The notes beneath the pieces were generated by a model, which saw nothing but the letters and a program-made list of their open reading frames with translations, was not told the DNA's origin and did not search any database. Of a stretch of DNA of 64,000 nt, positions 59,481 through 64,000 are shown piece by piece; the stretch's first letter is position 1; every line of letters starts with the position of its first letter. Source of the stretch: Eledone cirrhosa (lineage: Eukaryota); NCBI GenBank assembly GCA_964016885.1, contig OZ024749.1, positions 36,828,001 to 36,892,000 of the forward strand, written 5' to 3'. Made by a program: the position numbers and the translations under genes.

Positions 59481-60587
59481 TATAAACTCGTATAAGCGCA
59501 CGAAGAAAGGTCACTAATTTCATGCCTCTTTTATTCTGGAAGTATGATCAAATTTGGGCCTTGAAACTTTGGGTAGTCCCTTTAATCCGCGTATGAACAT
59601 TAGAGCGTCAGACATCATGCTTTGCAGCATAGAGTTACGGCTCTTTTATGTTCTGAGTTCAAATCCCGCCGAGGTTAGCTTTACCTATTCATCCTTACGG
59701 TGTCGATAAAATAAAGTACCAGTAATGCACTGGTGTAATTGCTAGCCTTGTGCCAAAAGTAGAAACAATTATATATATATATATAACGGTATATTTGTTA
59801 TATACCAATTAATTTAACATTCCAGAAACACGGGTGTACTTCATGGTGAGCCAGTGTACCACCTTTCCAGTCAACTCTACTGTAATCCAGGACGTGGGTT
59901 CTCGTGAAGTCCAGTCATTATGTGATGCTATCCACCTATTTTGTTCTGGTATCCTTTATCTTCTTTTTCCCCATGACCTGCTCCATGGATGGTCTTGGTC
60001 AATCCGTCAGATTTTGGTATATGAATATAACGTCTTATTTTTCTTTTCTTTATCTTTATAGATGTTAAAAGACTTCCGTAGTCGTCCACATGTTGCCATA
60101 TTGCTATGTAAATGCTTTCGTTGTTTATGTGTTTCTGTGTAAGAGATAACTAGAATTTTATCTGTAACAATTGTTTGGAGTTCTTCGTAGTTGCCCACCT
60201 GTTGCTTGACTTCTCTGCGAATATACATTCGTGGTTTATGTGTTCCATCTACGAGGTATCCATGATTATTTCGAGTGTCAATATTTTCGCTGTTTTTTTC
60301 TGCTGTGAAGGATCACATATCTAGGAATATAAAATGATGGAAAGTACTAGAGTTTAATTTTGAAACTGCTGTTCTCGTCTCGTCATATTGATTTTAACGT
60401 TACTAATGCTCCTCGGAAAATTTCTTGCTTTGATCCTTGTTCAGTTATCATGTCCCCTAGTTATTTGAAGTTGCCATTGACAGTGATTCTGGTGTTGATC
60501 CTGTCATACCTGTTGTCTTCTTATTGCTGACATCTGGCGGTGGTTTTGATTATGTGGTTTATGATATTTGCCGGTTTTCTGATGTTA

Positions 60588-61017
60588 GCTTCTTGTCGTG
60601 TCCACAAAAGTGTCAGTTACAAAGCTTGGCTAGATGTGGTTGCGTCACAGCTGAACACATTGCTGTCCTTTCTCATTAAACTCTGGCAAGTCCAATACTG
60701 TGCAGGGGTGTTCCAGAAGGGGGCATATCAGGAGGTGCTGCGTAGTCTGTGGTTCGATGCCAGAGTCACACACAACATCACTATCCTTTAAATATCCCCA
60801 TTTCGCAAGATTGACTTTTGCACGTCCAACACCAGATCTTAGTCTGTTGAGGCCTTTCCACATCCACACTGCATAGTTTGTATTTGCTCCAGGGGGAGGT
60901 GCCTCGCTCACCTTTAGCTCCATTGTTGTTAGCTGCTTGTCTATTATATCTGAAGTGGTGGACGTTGCGTCCTTCACTGCTGCTGACCATGCTGACGTAT
61001 CATTTCGTACACGAGCT
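60588..61017 (-). mobile_element. Vingi/Ingi-like LINE 3' end
   Basis: WKGLNRLRSGVGRAKVNLAKWGY...CDSGIEPQTTQHLLICP zinc-knuckle region; tail GTGGACACGACAAGAAG. Confidence 0.75.
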
Positions 61018-61964
61018 CACACACACACATACACACACGCACACACACACACACACACACACAAACGTGTAAGATCGTTTAATAAAACGATCTTACACGA
61101 CGGAAACGCCGAAACAAACCTGGTCTACTTATTTGAATCTGTGGAACAAGACTGTAGTGGGTATCATGTGGTTCAAGGATGTAAAATACAAAAAAAAAAA
61201 AGCAACAGCAACAAAATCAACAAAAGTAAAAAAACTAACAAAATATCGAAAAAAAAACAAAGCAAATGAAATTTATGTAAATTTGATAGCTGTAATGGCG
61301 GTGGATTAGAAAAATCGGTAAATCGTTGGATAACATTTTTTGCAGTATTTGTTCTGTCTCTGTACACACCGAGTTCGAATCTCGTCGAGGTCAACTTTGG
61401 TTTTTTTCTTAAGGAGATGATAAAATAATGTACCAGTTAAGTTTTGGGGTTGATATTATCGACTTACCTCCTTTCCCTCATATTTCAGGCTTGTTTCTAA
61501 ATTAGAAACCATTATTCCATATACTACCGTATCACTGAGTCGTTAGAACGTCAGATAGAATACTTTGCAGTATTCATTGCGTCTTTCTGCTCTCTGAGTT
61601 CAAATTCCACCGATGTTAACTTCGCCTTTCATCCATTTAAAGTCGATAAAAAAGTACCAGTCTAGTACTTGGGTATATTCTTTCTTTATATATCTTTAAC
61701 CTTTATAACTCTTCCATCCTCACCCTCTCTATACTTCTCTCTATACTTCTCTCTATACTTCCCTGGTAGAAATCTGCTGTATTTTAGACCCAGAGAGAGA
61801 ATATAGGCTCTGCCAGATTAAAACAACCATGCCGTCAAAGTAGTGTATATCAATACAGCGGTCCTGCGACTACCCCGGGAGTTACGAGACCAACAATGCA
61901 TTGTATCACTGAGAATTGTTGTTGTTCATAAACTTATTGTATTGTATTATCGAGATTTATAGAA

Positions 61965-62660
61965 CTGTTATTGTTGTTGTTGTTGTTAGTGGTGAGTTGT
62001 TATGGTTGTTATGGTTGTTATTGTTGTTATAACATTAAAAGTAATTGTTATTGTTGCGTTGTTTTCAGTGTTTTATATTGTTGTTGCTGTTGGTATTGTT
62101 GCTGTTATTTTGTCCTATTTCCATTGTTGTTGTTGTTATTGTTTCTGTTATTTTGTCCGATTTCTATTGTTATTGTTGGTATTGTTGCTGTTATTTTGTC
62201 CTATTTCTATTGTTGTTGTTGTTATTGTTTCTGTTATTTTGTCCTATTTCTATTGTTGTTGTTGGTATTGTTACTGTTATTTTGTCCTATTTCTATTGTT
62301 GTTGTTGGTAATGTTGCTGTTATTTTGTCCTATATTTTTCGTTGTTGTTGTTATTGTTTCTGTTATTTTGTCCCATTTCTATTGTTGTTGTTGGTAATGT
62401 TGCTGTTATTTTGTCCTATATTTTTCGTTGTTGTTGTTATTGTTTCTGTTATTTTGTCCCATTTCTATTGTTGTTGTTGATAATGTTGCTGTTATTTTGT
62501 CCTATTTTATTATTGTTGTTGTTATTGTTTCGGTTATTTTGTCCTATTTCTATTGTTGTTGGTAATGTTGCTGTTATTTTGTCCTATTGTTTTCGTTGTT
62601 GTTGGCATTGTTGTATAATTTTCTCCTATTTTTATTGTTGCTATAATGTACGAATAAATG
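61965..62660. repeat. GTT-derived minisatellite, ~42-45-bp unit containing CTGTTATTTTGTCCTATTT
   Basis: About a dozen copies seen directly. Confidence 0.92.
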
Positions 62661-62719
62661 TTATTGCCGTGCCTCTGTGAGTCGGTATGTGTGTATGTTT
62701 GTTTGTGTGTATGAGTGTG

Positions 62720-62779
<60 letters not shown>

Positions 62780-63394
62780 TGCGTGCGCGTGTATGTGTAG
62801 GTTACGCTTCCGTGCATATGAATGTAGTCAACACCTCTGTTTGTGTGTATATGTAAGCAGCCCGCCTCTCTCTCTCTCTCTGTATGTGTGTATGCATGTC
62901 AGCATGTGTGTGTGTATCTGTGTGTGTATCTGTGTGTGTATCTGTGTGTGTATCTGTGTGTGTATCTGTGTGTGTATCTCTGTGTGTGTATCTCTATGTG
63001 TGTATCTGTGTGTGTATCTGTGTGTGTATCTGTGTGTGTATCTCTGTGTGTGTATCTCTGTGTGAGGTATCTGTGTGTGTATCTGTGTGTGTATCTCTGT
63101 GTGTGAGTGTGAGTGTGTGAGTGTAAGCAACGTTTCTTCGTGTATGTATAGGTTCTCCCACTTATACAAAGAGGCTGCACACTGTGTGTCTGTCAGCCCT
63201 CCCTAACCTTACACAGAAGCTGCACATTGTAGCTATTAAGAAGCCCTTAACAGGTTCCTCATGCTAAAATGTGATGTGCTCACCACGTGCCCTCCATCAC
63301 CTTCCTACACCAATTACATGATTCAATGACGATCGTACACCCGCAGCCTGTTAATGTTAACACGGCATCAACGGATGCTTGCCTACACAAGTTC

Positions 63395-64000
63395 TACATA
63401 TATACACACATATATACACACATATACACATACATATATACACACATATATACATACATGTATACATACATATATACATACATATATACACACATATATA
63501 TACACACATGTATACACACATATATACATACATATATACACACATATATACACACATATATACACACATATATACACACATATATACACACATATATACA
63601 CACATATATACACACATATATACACACATATATACATACATATATACATACTTGTATACATACATATATACATACATGTATACACTTACATTCTATATAC
63701 ATTCATATAAACATACATACATATAAACATACATACATATATACATATATATGCACTTACATTCTATATACATTCATATAAACATACATACATATAAACA
63801 TACATACACATATACATATATATACACTTACATTCTATATACATTCATATAAACATACATACATATAAACATACATGCATATAAACATACATACATATAT
63901 ACATATATATACACTTACATTCTATATACATTCATATAAACATACATATATACATATATACATATATACACTTACATTCTATATACATATAAACATACAT
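63395..64000. repeat. (ACACATATATAC)n followed by ~60-75-bp tandem units containing CACTTACATTCTATATACAT
   Basis: Seen directly; five copies of the longer unit. Confidence 0.92.

Noticed and set aside
60007-60560. Possible retroelement endonuclease remnant on the minus strand
   Set aside because: No diagnostic motif could be read with confidence.

Overview
Eukaryotic, very AT-rich and microsatellite-saturated window ((TA)n, (CA)n, (TATG)n, (CTAT)n, trinucleotide arrays; 200-N gap at 53112-53311). The repeat spectrum suggests an invertebrate, probably an octopus/cephalopod (inference). Nearly all ORF-track entries are simple-repeat artefacts. One intact gene is supported: an intronless VRK1-like kinase (54867-55946, minus). 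The rest is transposon-derived: an internally deleted L1/Tx1-clade LINE plus two fragments, an internally deleted Helitron, RTE and Vingi-like LINE ends, tRNA-derived and Nin/Deu-core SINEs, mariner- and hAT-like MITEs, and decayed Penelope-like (PLE) coding fragments. The main hidden signal, found by manual base-pairing, is about 16 type I hammerhead ribozyme motifs from about 13 unrelated sequence families. They sit in short cassettes mostly next to (TA)n tracts and often folded back into long inverted repeats. Several have palindromic stem III and two families carry the compensatory U3-A8 core. This fits a diverse, TA-targeted PLE pseudo-LTR/retrozyme-like system. No folding or database search was run, and coordinates were counted by hand.
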